This document shows, piece after piece, positions 9,361 to 19,132 of a stretch of DNA of 64,000 bases (position 1 is its first letter; each line of letters opens with the position of its first letter). The stretch lies in NCBI GenBank assembly GCA_031549385.1, contig JAVBPW010000005.1, positions 32,001 to 96,000 of the forward strand, given 5' to 3'. Below the pieces are notes generated by a model. It had not been told where the DNA came from. It was given only the letters and a program-made list of their open reading frames with translations, and ran no database searches. A program made the position numbers and the translations under genes. Origin of the DNA: Alphaproteobacteria bacterium (GTDB taxonomy: Bacteria; Pseudomonadota; Alphaproteobacteria; Rs-D84; SZUA-605).

Positions 9361-10320
9361 ATGCATATTATGGATTTAGCTAAAATAAAAAAAAGACATA
9401 ATATTATAAGAGAAATTGGAACAGGAGATTTTTGTAAAATCTTCCTGATTGAACGTAATATTCATCCTGCTGTTTTAAAAGTTCCTATGAATGGAGTTGA
9501 TCCTAAAGATTGGAATGATGTTATACAGAGAGAGGTTATTGCGAATCAAATTCTTTCTAAATATAAAGGCAAAGTTTTTGTTCCTAAATTATTAGATGTT
9601 TCAAATGATTACTTAATAGAAGAATTAGCAAGAGGAACTGAATTAGCTCGACTTGAGAAACCTATGGATCAGATTGCTATTAGTGATCAAGCTTATGAAT
9701 TTGCAGATTTTTTAACTTTTTTGCATTCTTATGATACTAAGAAAAAAAATAGTAGACTTAATATTAGTAACGATTTTACTAATGATGAAATATTAGAGAG
9801 GTTGGAACAAGTTGTAGATAAACAAAATTTTAGAGAATTTAGAGATGATTTTGATTTTTGTGCTTTAAATCCTTTAAAAACTGATGTGCAAACCTTTTGC
9901 CATACTGATTTAAGACGAGAAAATGTTTTTTATGATAGAATAAGAAAACAAATGTCTGTTACTGGATTTGGATTATCTGGAATTACTTGCCCTTATACAG
10001 ATTTAATTCCTGAATTGCCTTCTCACGCTCTTCCACCAGAATTTTTGTCTAAGGTGATTACAAATTATAATAAAAATAATGGTGTTTTGCAATTTGATAA
10101 AGAAGCAGTTGGAAAACATTATTCAAAGGGAATTTTATATGACTATGTAAAAGAAGATCTTCAAAATAATGGAAAAGGTTCGAAATTAAAGTCTGATATT
10201 GAAAATATTGCAATACCAGAAATAGAAAAAATAAGAAAATCTTTTAACCCATTTTTTGAAAAAACTTTTAGACCCCGTAAGAAGAAAGCTTTAGAAAAAG
10301 AAACACTAGAAAGATATTGA
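9361..10320 (+). CDS. Aminoglycoside phosphotransferase/kinase-fold protein, possibly inactive
   Basis: IGTGDF Gly loop, VLK, HTDLRRENV catalytic loop; the DFG position reads TGFG. Confidence 0.7.
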   Translation: MHIMDLAKIKKRHNIIREIGTGDFCKIFLIERNIHPAVLKVPMNGVDPKDWNDVIQREVIANQILSKYKGKVFVPKLLDVSNDYLIEELARGTELARLEKPMDQIAISDQAYEFADFLTFLHSYDTKKKNSRLNISNDFTNDEILERLEQVVDKQNFREFRDDFDFCALNPLKTDVQTFCHTDLRRENVFYDRIRKQMSVTGFGLSGITCPYTDLIPELPSHALPPEFLSKVITNYNKNNGVLQFDKEAVGKHYSKGILYDYVKEDLQNNGKGSKLKSDIENIAIPEIEKIRKSFNPFFEKTFRPRKKKALEKETLERY

Positions 10321-10388
10321 TGATTTTAATAGACTTTATATAATTATATTTGCTATAATTTTCTTATAATGAAAAAGGAGAAGGAATT

Positions 10389-10982
10389 ATGCTTAAAAAA
10401 ATTTTAATTATAGTTGGAATCATACTTATTATATTTTTATTGTTTGCAAATTATATGGGAATGTTTAAAAAAATTAGTGTTAAACCAATCGCTTTGGCTG
10501 AAACATATGTTGTTTACATGTCATATACTGGTCCTTATTCAAAACAAAATGAAGTTTATAAGAAATTAGAAGCATTTGCTGGAAAAGAAAATTCTTCTGA
10601 AGGTATTGGAGTTTATTTTGATGATCCAAAGACTACTCCAAAAGAAAAAACAAGAGCTCTTGTTGGTTTAATAGTTACTGAAGAAGTTTATAATAAATTT
10701 ATGCTTTCTGCTGTTAAAGCTCCAGATGATATAAAATTTGCTAAATTGCCTGAATTTGCTGGATTTTATGCTCAATTTCCTTATAAAAATCCTATGTCTT
10801 TTATGGTTGGACCTATGAAGGTTTATCCTGCTTTTTATAAATATTATATTAAAGAAAAAATCAAGTTTTTAGATAAAATGGTAACTATTGAGGTTTATGA
10901 TGCTAAATTGAAATATATTAAATATTATATTCCTTATACTGTTGAAGCAGATGTTTATTTAAAACTTTATGAAGCTAAATAG
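10389..10982 (+). CDS. Membrane-anchored GyrI-like small-molecule-binding protein
   Basis: YTGPY, GIGVYFDDP...P, FPYKNPMSFMVGPMKVYP. Confidence 0.75.
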   Translation: MLKKILIIVGIILIIFLLFANYMGMFKKISVKPIALAETYVVYMSYTGPYSKQNEVYKKLEAFAGKENSSEGIGVYFDDPKTTPKEKTRALVGLIVTEEVYNKFMLSAVKAPDDIKFAKLPEFAGFYAQFPYKNPMSFMVGPMKVYPAFYKYYIKEKIKFLDKMVTIEVYDAKLKYIKYYIPYTVEADVYLKLYEAK

Positions 10983-10993
10983 GAGAAGTTATT

Positions 10994-11488
10994 ATGAAGA
11001 AGTTAATAGATGTTTATTTTAATACTACAGGAAGAATGGGAAGATTAGATTTTTTAATCTATAGTATTCCATTTGCTATTTTTGAAACTATTGTTTTTAG
11101 TTTAGCTTATTTTGTTAGCCCGTTTTTCTTGCTTTTGTTATTGTTAGAACTTTATCCTGGAATGGCTGTTATTATAAAAAGATTTCATGATATGAAAATA
11201 TCAGCTTTGGGGGCTGTAGGTGTAGCTCTTTTGACTGTATTTATTCTGTTTGTTTTGTATCTTAATCCAGAATCGATTTTTTGGCTATGTTTGTTTGATT
11301 TATATATCATAGTTTTATTGTATTGGATGTATATTGTGAAAGGTACAAAAGGGGCTAATAAATATGGACCAAATCCAATAAAAAAAGAAGAAAAAAAGCA
11401 AAATAAAAAAGTTCCGGCTAAGAAAGTTTTAAAAACACAACTTAAAGAGAAGAAATTAGTTAAAAACTCAAAAAATAAAAAGAAATAG
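10994..11488 (+). CDS. DUF805 membrane protein (copy 1)
   Basis: GRMGRLDF, IKRFHD, KGTKGANKYGPNP. Confidence 0.9.
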   Translation: MKKLIDVYFNTTGRMGRLDFLIYSIPFAIFETIVFSLAYFVSPFFLLLLLLELYPGMAVIIKRFHDMKISALGAVGVALLTVFILFVLYLNPESIFWLCLFDLYIIVLLYWMYIVKGTKGANKYGPNPIKKEEKKQNKKVPAKKVLKTQLKEKKLVKNSKNKKK

Positions 11489-11496
11489 GTGATATT

Positions 11497-12012
11497 ATGT
11501 ACAATATTAAAAATATTTATTTTAATGCAAAAGGTAGAATGGGAAGATTGGATTTTTTAATCTATACAATACCTTTGATACTTTATGAATTATTTTTGTT
11601 TACTGTTGCGTATTTTTTACAGACACCCCTTGTACTTGTTTTCTTGCTTTTAGGTATATGGCCAAGTCTTGTAATTAATGTGAAAAGACTTCATGATTTA
11701 AATTGTTCAGCTTGGACATTGGTTGCTTACTATATTGGCATGTTTGCTTTACTTGCTATGTATTATTTTAATCAATTTTCAGTGTTTTTATATGATTTGA
11801 TTATAATTTATAGTGTTGTTTATATTTATTTTGTTTACTTTAAAAAAGGAAGCACTAAGAAAAATCAATTTGGAATGCCTGTTGAAAAATCTGTTAAAGT
11901 AGAAGTTGTTTCAAAGAAAAAGACTGCAAAAGTTCAAAAAATTTCTAATAAGAAAGTTGTTAAAAAAACTGCTAAAAAAATAATAAAGAAGAAAAATAGG
12001 AGATTATTATGA
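11497..12012 (+). CDS. DUF805 membrane protein (copy 2)
   Basis: GRMGRLDF, VKRLHD, KGSTKKNQFG. Confidence 0.9.
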   Translation: MYNIKNIYFNAKGRMGRLDFLIYTIPLILYELFLFTVAYFLQTPLVLVFLLLGIWPSLVINVKRLHDLNCSAWTLVAYYIGMFALLAMYYFNQFSVFLYDLIIIYSVVYIYFVYFKKGSTKKNQFGMPVEKSVKVEVVSKKKTAKVQKISNKKVVKKTAKKIIKKKNRRLL

Positions 12013-12554
12013 AAACATTAATTAATACTTTTTTAAAATCACAAGGAAGAATGAATAGGTTACCTTACTTCTTGTGTAATATTGCATTATGGTTAGTTGC
12101 TGTTGTTTTTATTATGTTGTTTTACGTATTAATGCTCGCTGGTGGAGCAGTTGGAAGCTCTGTAATGGTAATTATTGGTTTTGCACTTTTAATTGCTGCA
12201 GTGTTAGTTTTTATATATTCTAACTTTATGCTTGATATTAAGAGATTTCATGACATGAGTATTTCGACTAAAAATGCCCTTATTATATTAATATCATTAA
12301 TTACTTTAAGAATAGTTACTGTTGTATTTGCTTTTATGTCTATTCCATTGATGGTAAGTTTTTTTTCTGTTATATCATTCATTTCTGGTTTGATTATTGG
12401 GTTATGGTTACTGTTTTTCAGAGGTACTGTTGGACCAAATAAATATGGTTTAGATCCATTATTGCCTATGATAAAAAAGCCAATTGATATGATTTATAAA
12501 CCAGAAGGTGAAAAGAAAAAGTCTTCTAAAAAGAAAGTGGCAAAGAAGAAATAA
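12009..12554 (+). CDS. DUF805 membrane protein (copy 3)
   Basis: GRMNRLPY, IKRFHD, RGTVGPNKYGLDP. Confidence 0.9.
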   Translation: MKTLINTFLKSQGRMNRLPYFLCNIALWLVAVVFIMLFYVLMLAGGAVGSSVMVIIGFALLIAAVLVFIYSNFMLDIKRFHDMSISTKNALIILISLITLRIVTVVFAFMSIPLMVSFFSVISFISGLIIGLWLLFFRGTVGPNKYGLDPLLPMIKKPIDMIYKPEGEKKKSSKKKVAKKK

Positions 12555-12580
12555 AAAAAAGAGGCATTTGCCTCTTTTTT
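12553..12580. terminator. Bidirectional intrinsic terminator
   Basis: AAAAAAAAGAGGC-ATTT-GCCTCTTTTTT between convergent genes. Confidence 0.85.
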
Positions 12581-13658
12581 ATTCTTTTACTAATTTTTCA
12601 AATTCTTTCAAAGTATCTGGTTGAGGTGGAACCTTTTTAGTTAACTTTAATGATTTTGGATTTTTTAGTAATGGTTCTATTACTGCTTTTGAATGTTCAA
12701 AATTAAAATCTTTTTCATTTATAACTATGTATCCGTAAGGTTCAAAAGTTCTTGCATTTAATTCTTGGTGTTTATCTGCTGCTATTGCTAGTGGAACAAA
12801 TATTGCTTTTTTCTCTAATGCTATTGTTTCAAAACAATTTCCTGCACCACTTCTTGAAATGACTAGATCTGCTTTATGAATTTTATCAAAAATATCTTCA
12901 AAGAATGGTTTGATTTCATGAGATATTCCAGTTTTTTCATATAATTCTGAAACTTCTTTTGCTGCATCTGTATCTGCTATTTGTTGTGTTACAAATATTT
13001 TTTTACGCAAGTCTTTATCAAGGTCAGCAAAGACATATGAAAGAGAGTTAAATAATCTTGCCCCTTGAGAGCCACCTATTACAAGTATATTTATTAATTT
13101 TGATTCTGTTGGTTTTTTATCTATAAATTTTTGAATTTCTTCTCTTAATGGGTAACCTGTATATACAGTTTTTTTGTTTGCAGGAATAGCTTTTGTATCT
13201 TTAAAACTTAATGCTATTACTGATGCAAATTTTGCTACTATTCTGTTTGTTTTTCCAAGAATTGCATTTTGTTCGTGTAATATTAATGGACGGCGAAAGA
13301 TTACTGCATTTACTGATGCTGGAAATGATGCATATCCACCAAAAGCAATTACTTTCTTTGGAAAGAATGTTAAAAAGTAATAAAATGCTTGAAGGGCACC
13401 TATTGATGTTACAAAAGCACCGAGTAATTTTTTCAATGGATTGCCAGAAATACTTTTTGATAAACATGTTTTGATTTTTATGCTTGAATCTATTTTAGTT
13501 TTTTTGAAATACCCAAGAGCACGTTTGTCAGTTATGAATAATATTTTATAACCATCTTTTGCTAATGCATTTGCTATTGCAATTCCTGGGAATACATGGC
13601 CACCTGTACCGCCAGCTGTGATTATTATTTTTTTGTTTTCTTGCTTTTCTTTCTTCAT
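12579..13658 (-). CDS. murG: UDP-GlcNAc:lipid I transferase
   Basis: GGTGGH, FGGYAS, HEQN, GGSQGA, RSGA, HQELNA. Confidence 0.97.
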   Translation of the reverse strand: MKKEKQENKKIIITAGGTGGHVFPGIAIANALAKDGYKILFITDKRALGYFKKTKIDSSIKIKTCLSKSISGNPLKKLLGAFVTSIGALQAFYYFLTFFPKKVIAFGGYASFPASVNAVIFRRPLILHEQNAILGKTNRIVAKFASVIALSFKDTKAIPANKKTVYTGYPLREEIQKFIDKKPTESKLINILVIGGSQGARLFNSLSYVFADLDKDLRKKIFVTQQIADTDAAKEVSELYEKTGISHEIKPFFEDIFDKIHKADLVISRSGAGNCFETIALEKKAIFVPLAIAADKHQELNARTFEPYGYIVINEKDFNFEHSKAVIEPLLKNPKSLKLTKKVPPQPDTLKEFEKLVKE

Positions 13659-14800
13659 ACCTTGTACCTCTCTGCTTTGTTGGATTTACTTAAAAAGTTA
13701 AGTAAGAACCCAAAATTTATACAAAAACTTAAAAATGATGATCCTCCGTAGGATACAAATGGAAGTGTCATACCTTTTGTTGGCATTATATTAAAGGTTG
13801 TTGCTATATTTATTATGCTTTGAAATGCAAATAGTAATATTAGTCCCGATCCTGCCAGAAATATAAATGTGGATTTTTTGTTTCTTAGTTTAAATAGTGT
13901 TTCATTTATTATGAAAAAATAAAATAATATTAAAAGAGTTGTTACTAATAATCCGAATTCTTCTGCAAAAACAGCTAATACAAAGTCTGTGTGAGAATCG
14001 GGAATGTTTTGTTTTAAATAACCTTGCCCTATTGATAAAGGAAGTAAACCTCCATTTTTAATTGCAGATATGGCTGACTTAACTTGATAATTATCTGTTT
14101 TATCTGGTTGTGTAAATTTTTGAATACGGTCATGAAAGTGAGAAGAGGTAAAATATAATGTTCCTCCTAAACAAATAAATAAGCCTCCTATAATCATTAT
14201 GAGGCGCATGTTTAAGCCAACTAAAAATAATTGGGCAGCAAATATTACTGCTATTGTTAATGCCATTCCATTATCTGGTTGTAGGAATGTTGCTATTGTT
14301 GCTGTTAAAAAAATAAAGAGTAGGGTGGATATTAGAATCGTTACTTGTTTCTTTTTTCCTTGTCCCCAAATCGCTTTTATTTTTGTTAGCATTATTCCTG
14401 TATAGACTATAAAAAATGGTTTGAATAATTCTGTTGGTTGTAATTTTATTATTCCAAAATCAAACCAACGAACAGATCCTTTTGAAGATGAACCTATAAA
14501 TAATACTAAGATTGTTAAAATCCACATTACTCCAAGCCCTGCGTAAGTTATTCTTTTTATCCATTCTGGCTTTGCCATAGAAAATCCTATTAGTAATACA
14601 AAGCCTGGGATTAAGAATGCAAAGAATCTTGTTAAGAAATGATAATCTGATAAACCTATTCTTCTTGCTGAATATGGTCCTGCTATCATAGTCATTAAAA
14701 GTCCGATGGCAACAAGAAGAATTACTGAGAAAAATAATGTACGGTCTACGTTATGCCACCATTTTGCTAGTAAAGAATCGTCTGTATGCGAAAATGCCAT
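13655..14800 (-). CDS. ftsW: Cell division SEDS protein FtsW
   Basis: LQPTE, QPD, HTDF, EEFG, PTKGMTLPFVSYGGSS; adjacent to murG. Confidence 0.95.
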   Translation of the reverse strand: MAFSHTDDSLLAKWWHNVDRTLFFSVILLVAIGLLMTMIAGPYSARRIGLSDYHFLTRFFAFLIPGFVLLIGFSMAKPEWIKRITYAGLGVMWILTILVLFIGSSSKGSVRWFDFGIIKLQPTELFKPFFIVYTGIMLTKIKAIWGQGKKKQVTILISTLLFIFLTATIATFLQPDNGMALTIAVIFAAQLFLVGLNMRLIMIIGGLFICLGGTLYFTSSHFHDRIQKFTQPDKTDNYQVKSAISAIKNGGLLPLSIGQGYLKQNIPDSHTDFVLAVFAEEFGLLVTTLLILFYFFIINETLFKLRNKKSTFIFLAGSGLILLFAFQSIINIATTFNIMPTKGMTLPFVSYGGSSFLSFCINFGFLLNFLSKSNKAERYKV

Positions 14801-14803
14801 TTA

Positions 14804-15886
14804 TTAAATCCTTACAAATAAACTTGTTAATGCTATTATTGAAAGAATTATTGATACTATAAAGAATCTTTCTACTACTTTTGTTTCTGGAATATTCATC
14901 ATTTCAAAATGGTGATGTAATGGAGCCATTTTAAATAATCTTTTTCCTTGTCCTGTTTTTTTACGGGTGTATTTGAAGTACATTGTTTGGAAGAATGATG
15001 AGCCTAATTCAGCTACAAATAAAAATCCGAAAATTCCATATAGCATTTCAATTTTTAACATTACTGCAAAAATTCCAAAAATTGAGCCTAAATATAATGA
15101 ACCTACATCACCCATAAAGATTGATGCTGGTTTTGCATTGAAGAATAAAAATCCAAGTAAGCTTCCAAATAAGGCTGATGCAAAGACTATTAATTCACCT
15201 GAGTTTTCTACGAATGAAAGATTGTGAGCTTGGGATGTAAACATATTTGCTGATAATAACATTAAAACTATAAATGTTAAAACTGAAGTCATAGATGTTT
15301 TTGTTGCAAGTCCATCCATTCCATCTGTGATATTTACTGCATTTGCTGAACCTACTATTACAATTGCTGCAAATGGGTAGTAGAACCACCATGCGTTAAA
15401 TGAGAGTGATGAAAGAAATGGTATGTTGATTATTGTTCTTGCTGCATCTGGAGTTGAAACTGAAATTGCAAAGATTGCTATTGCTGCTACTAAAAATTCG
15501 CCTAATAATCTTTTTTTTGCTGATAGTCCGTATTGGTTTTCATAATTTGGTAATGCTTTTCTTTTCATTTTATAAAAGTCGTCTATGAAACCAATTATTC
15601 CAAAACATAATGGAGCTAATAAAATTGTTAATATAAATGGGTTTGTTAAATTTGCAAAAAGCAGAGATGATATAAATGTTGCTACAATGATTAAAATTCC
15701 ACCTGCTGTTGGAGTTCCTATTTTTTCTTTGTGAGCTTCAAGCTGAATCGGTTGTCCCATTGTAGCTACTGACTTTATAAATCTGATGAATTTATTTCCA
15801 AAAATTAAACATAGCGAAAATGATGTGAGTAAACTTAGAATTGCTTTTAAATATAATGATGTGTCAGATAGTATGAAATCTAGCAT
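14804..15886 (-). CDS. mraY: Phospho-N-acetylmuramoyl-pentapeptide transferase
   Basis: GTPTAGG, DD, NAVNITDGMDGLA, FMGDVGS, MAPLHHHFE. Confidence 0.97.
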   Translation of the reverse strand: MLDFILSDTSLYLKAILSLLTSFSLCLIFGNKFIRFIKSVATMGQPIQLEAHKEKIGTPTAGGILIIVATFISSLLFANLTNPFILTILLAPLCFGIIGFIDDFYKMKRKALPNYENQYGLSAKKRLLGEFLVAAIAIFAISVSTPDAARTIINIPFLSSLSFNAWWFYYPFAAIVIVGSANAVNITDGMDGLATKTSMTSVLTFIVLMLLSANMFTSQAHNLSFVENSGELIVFASALFGSLLGFLFFNAKPASIFMGDVGSLYLGSIFGIFAVMLKIEMLYGIFGFLFVAELGSSFFQTMYFKYTRKKTGQGKRLFKMAPLHHHFEMMNIPETKVVERFFIVSIILSIIALTSLFVRI

Positions 15887-15904
15887 TGTTCTCTCCTTTT
15901 ATAA

Positions 15905-15991
15905 GCGCCAGAAGGTGACCCACTTGAATTCTATATGACTGCTTTCTTTCGAATCTGATCTGGTTACAAAACCTTATGCCCACCTCTGGCT
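15905..15991 (-). ncRNA. ffs: Signal recognition particle 4.5S RNA
   Basis: Minus strand reads GCCAGAGGTG...AACCAGATCAGATTC-GAAA-GAAAGCAGTC...CACCTTCTGGC: terminal stem plus a domain IV like CAGGTCC-GGAA-GGAAGCAG. Confidence 0.85.
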
Positions 15992-16157
15992 TTTTGATGA
16001 TAGTACACTAATTAAAAAAGGTAAAGAAAATTTTTCTTGACTTAGTGGTCATTTTACATATTATCCCCGCGGACCACTTTAACCTAACAAAAAAGTACTT
16101 CCATTTTTATTTTAAATATGATAAAATTATTAGGCTAAATTAATAAAGGATGAAATT

Positions 16158-17324
16158 ATGCCAAAACTTAAAAAAGAAATAGATATTAAACAAGAAATAG
16201 TTCCTGATACGAATGAGTTCAAAAAGGGATTAAAGAAAACTAAAGTAACAGAAGAGGTTGCTGAAGAAAAAGTAAAAAAGGTTGCTGTTAAAAAAACAAG
16301 CAAACCAGCAGAAGATAATGTAAAAGTTACAGAAGGAAGACTTTCTGATCTTGTCGACGATGAAACTGTCGAAAAACTTAAAAAAGATGATAATGGGGAT
16401 CCAAGAACTAAAACACCAGCTTGGTTGCAATACAGAATGGGATCTCGTCTGATTTCTAATGCTCAATACTCACAGGCTATTGCTGAACTTGATAAAGCTG
16501 CCGCATTAGATAAAAATAAAGAAATTTGGGAAATTCATAATTCTAAAGGTTTTGCTCTTATGAAAATGGGCAAATACAATGAAGCTATTGTTGAATACAA
16601 TGAAGCTTTAAAGATAAAACCACGTGCTGTTACTGTTTGGGCTAATAAAGGTATGGCTTATTCTTTATCAGGGCTTTTTTCAGATGCTTTTGAATCATTT
16701 GAAATTGCTCTTTCTATTGAGCCTAATAATTTAGATGTTCTTAATGGTAAAGCGGTTACTTATCAAAAATTATTCAAATACAAAGAAGCACTTGATGTGC
16801 TTGAATATATGCTCAAAGTTAATCCAAAAAGAATTGATACTTTGATGTCTATTGGAACTACATTACAAAAATTGAAGCTTTATGATAAGGCTATGATTTA
16901 TTTTGATAAAGTTATTTCTTTTGATAAAAAATATATTCCTGCGTGGAATTCTAAAGGTGTAGTTTATAGCTTTATGGGAGATACTGATAAAGCACTTGAG
17001 AGCTTTAATCATATATTAAAAATAGATAAAACTGCATTTGTAGCTCATGTTTCTATTGGTTATGTGTACCAAGCTCAAGAACAATATTTGATTGCTTTAG
17101 AGCACTACGAAAAAGCTAAAAAAATGAATTTAGGTCGTTACAGTCATAATATATGGGATGGAAAGGCTTCTTGTTTGACTAAATTAGGTCGATTTGATGA
17201 AGCTTTGAATACTTATAAAGAAATTATTAATCATGAGCAGGGGACTAAAAAGTTCGGTGCTGAAAGATCTTACCGTTTTGTAGAACGATTAATATCAAAG
17301 GGAGCTAAGCCCTTGCAAAATTAA
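16158..17324 (+). CDS. Tetratricopeptide repeat protein
   Basis: Repeated 34-aa units (W.NKG.AY..G...A...F..AL...P); charged N-terminal extension. Confidence 0.92.
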   Translation: MPKLKKEIDIKQEIVPDTNEFKKGLKKTKVTEEVAEEKVKKVAVKKTSKPAEDNVKVTEGRLSDLVDDETVEKLKKDDNGDPRTKTPAWLQYRMGSRLISNAQYSQAIAELDKAAALDKNKEIWEIHNSKGFALMKMGKYNEAIVEYNEALKIKPRAVTVWANKGMAYSLSGLFSDAFESFEIALSIEPNNLDVLNGKAVTYQKLFKYKEALDVLEYMLKVNPKRIDTLMSIGTTLQKLKLYDKAMIYFDKVISFDKKYIPAWNSKGVVYSFMGDTDKALESFNHILKIDKTAFVAHVSIGYVYQAQEQYLIALEHYEKAKKMNLGRYSHNIWDGKASCLTKLGRFDEALNTYKEIINHEQGTKKFGAERSYRFVERLISKGAKPLQN

Positions 17325-17329
17325 AAAGA

Positions 17330-17352
17330 GCCGTGCATAGCACGGTTTTTTT
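17330..17352 (+). terminator. Intrinsic terminator
   Basis: CCGTGC-ATA-GCACGG followed by a T run. Confidence 0.8.
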
Positions 17353-17440
17353 ATTGACAAAATTCTAGTTTGTGATAGTTTGTAGCTATTAAATTAAAAA
17401 ATCAATAAAAATAATCATAAATTTTAAAAACTTAAGAAAA

Positions 17441-18235
17441 ATGATAACTAATAAGGAATTTAGGTTCTTGAAGCGAGTTATGCTTATGAGCCAAGATGAA
17501 TTGGCTATGTGGATTTTGGCAACAGACATTTGTTCATATTTAGATGAGGCTCATGGGGATTTCGTTAAAAAGATTTGTTACCAATTTAAAACAAAAAAGG
17601 TTTGGGGGGAATTTATTGAAAAGTTTATTTCCCAAGAATTGTATTTTGAAGTTCTTACTGGTGAATTTCCTAAACTGAGGAAATTGCTTTTGAAAAAATT
17701 AAGCAATTCAATGAAAACTTGTACAGACAGGGAAGTTTGGTTTTATAATACTTGGAAGCCAAAATTTATTGCGGAGAAAATTTTAGAACAAGTGAAACTT
17801 TTGCCGGATTACAATGATTTGGTTCATTCGGATTACCCTTCATATTGGATTGAAGATAAGATTGAATTTCTTCGTGATTGTATTGTTTTGACATCGTTGA
17901 AGGGTAAAACCTTTGTTGATGAATGCGGAAAATATATGACTAAAGAAGGAGAGTTGTGGCGGAAATTGCTTTTCAAGAAACCTTGTACTGAAGCATACCG
18001 AAGTGCAATGATTCTTCCGGAAGACTTTTTTGTGGGCTATATCCACATGACGGTTTTATCGTGGAAAAAACTGGAAACAGATTCTGTAAATCATTTTATT
18101 CCAATTACCAATGTACTGTGTCAATATGCATACCGGGAAAGGTTATTTCGAGAAACTTTGGATCCGTTTTCAAGAGAAACTTTGATTATAAATGCAGGAT
18201 TAAGTGAGAAGATCGTGAATCACTTGTGCAAGTAA
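17441..18235 (+). CDS. Orphan hypothetical protein (solo-cassette type)
   Basis: 264 aa ORF, own TTGACA at 17354, A-rich leader without SD, more C/G-ending codons than neighbours; 3' end overlaps lpxK. Confidence 0.7.
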   Translation: MITNKEFRFLKRVMLMSQDELAMWILATDICSYLDEAHGDFVKKICYQFKTKKVWGEFIEKFISQELYFEVLTGEFPKLRKLLLKKLSNSMKTCTDREVWFYNTWKPKFIAEKILEQVKLLPDYNDLVHSDYPSYWIEDKIEFLRDCIVLTSLKGKTFVDECGKYMTKEGELWRKLLFKKPCTEAYRSAMILPEDFFVGYIHMTVLSWKKLETDSVNHFIPITNVLCQYAYRERLFRETLDPFSRETLIINAGLSEKIVNHLCK

Positions 18236-19132
18236 TTTTTCGTTTTCGATTTTATAAGTGATAGGCAAAAAGTCTATCACTTTTTTATATCTGTTTGGGA
18301 ATTTTACCCAATCTTTTGATGTGGTTATTGGAATTATGTTTTTAAATGTTGATATATCTTCTATTTCCTTTAATTCTTTATTTGTATATGCATGATGATC
18401 CATAAATGATTTAGCTACCGATATTTTTGCACCTGTTTCTCTTAGTGTATTATAAAATTTTTCTGGTTTGCCTATGCCTGCAAAAGCATAGTAAGCTTTG
18501 TATTTGCTTGGTTTGAACTTTGTTTGTACTTTTACTTCTATTACAGGGAAGTCTGTTAGTTTTTTCTTTATTCCTGTTTTGTCTGGACCTACTATTACAA
18601 ATGCATTGGCTCTTTTTTTACCAAATGATAGGTATTCTCTTAATGGGCCTGATGGAATTACTTGTCCATTGCCTAAACCTGTTTTACCGTCTATTACAAC
18701 GAATGAAAAATCTTTATAGATTGTTGGACTTTGAAAGCCGTCATCCATTATTAAAATGTTTGCTCCGTCTTTGATTGCCATTTGTGCTATTTTTGCTCGG
18801 TCTTCTCCTACATAGGTTGGAGCGGTGTAAGAGAGCATTAATGGTTCATCGCCTACATCTTTATAGTTATGAATTTTATTATTTACTTTTACGTATTTTA
18901 ATTTGCCTTTATAACCACGAGATAAAATTGCTGGTTTTAGTTTTTTTTCTTTTAAATAATTTGCTAAATATTCTGTGAATGGGGTTTTTCCTACGCCACC
19001 TACATTGATGTTTCCTACACAAATTACAGGAACACTTGCTTTGAATGGTTTTGAAAATTTAAGACGTAGTTGAGTGATTGCATTATATATTAAGCCTATT
19101 GGAATTAAAAAAAACTTTAATATTTCAATCAT
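18200..19132 (-). CDS. lpxK: Tetraacyldisaccharide 4'-kinase
   Basis: VGNINVGGVGKTP, SRGYKG, GDEP, MDDGFQ, PSGPLRE, TTSKD. Confidence 0.96.
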   Translation of the reverse strand: MIEILKFFLIPIGLIYNAITQLRLKFSKPFKASVPVICVGNINVGGVGKTPFTEYLANYLKEKKLKPAILSRGYKGKLKYVKVNNKIHNYKDVGDEPLMLSYTAPTYVGEDRAKIAQMAIKDGANILIMDDGFQSPTIYKDFSFVVIDGKTGLGNGQVIPSGPLREYLSFGKKRANAFVIVGPDKTGIKKKLTDFPVIEVKVQTKFKPSKYKAYYAFAGIGKPEKFYNTLRETGAKISVAKSFMDHHAYTNKELKEIEDISTFKNIIPITTSKDWVKFPNRYKKVIDFLPITYKIENEKLLAQVIHDLLT

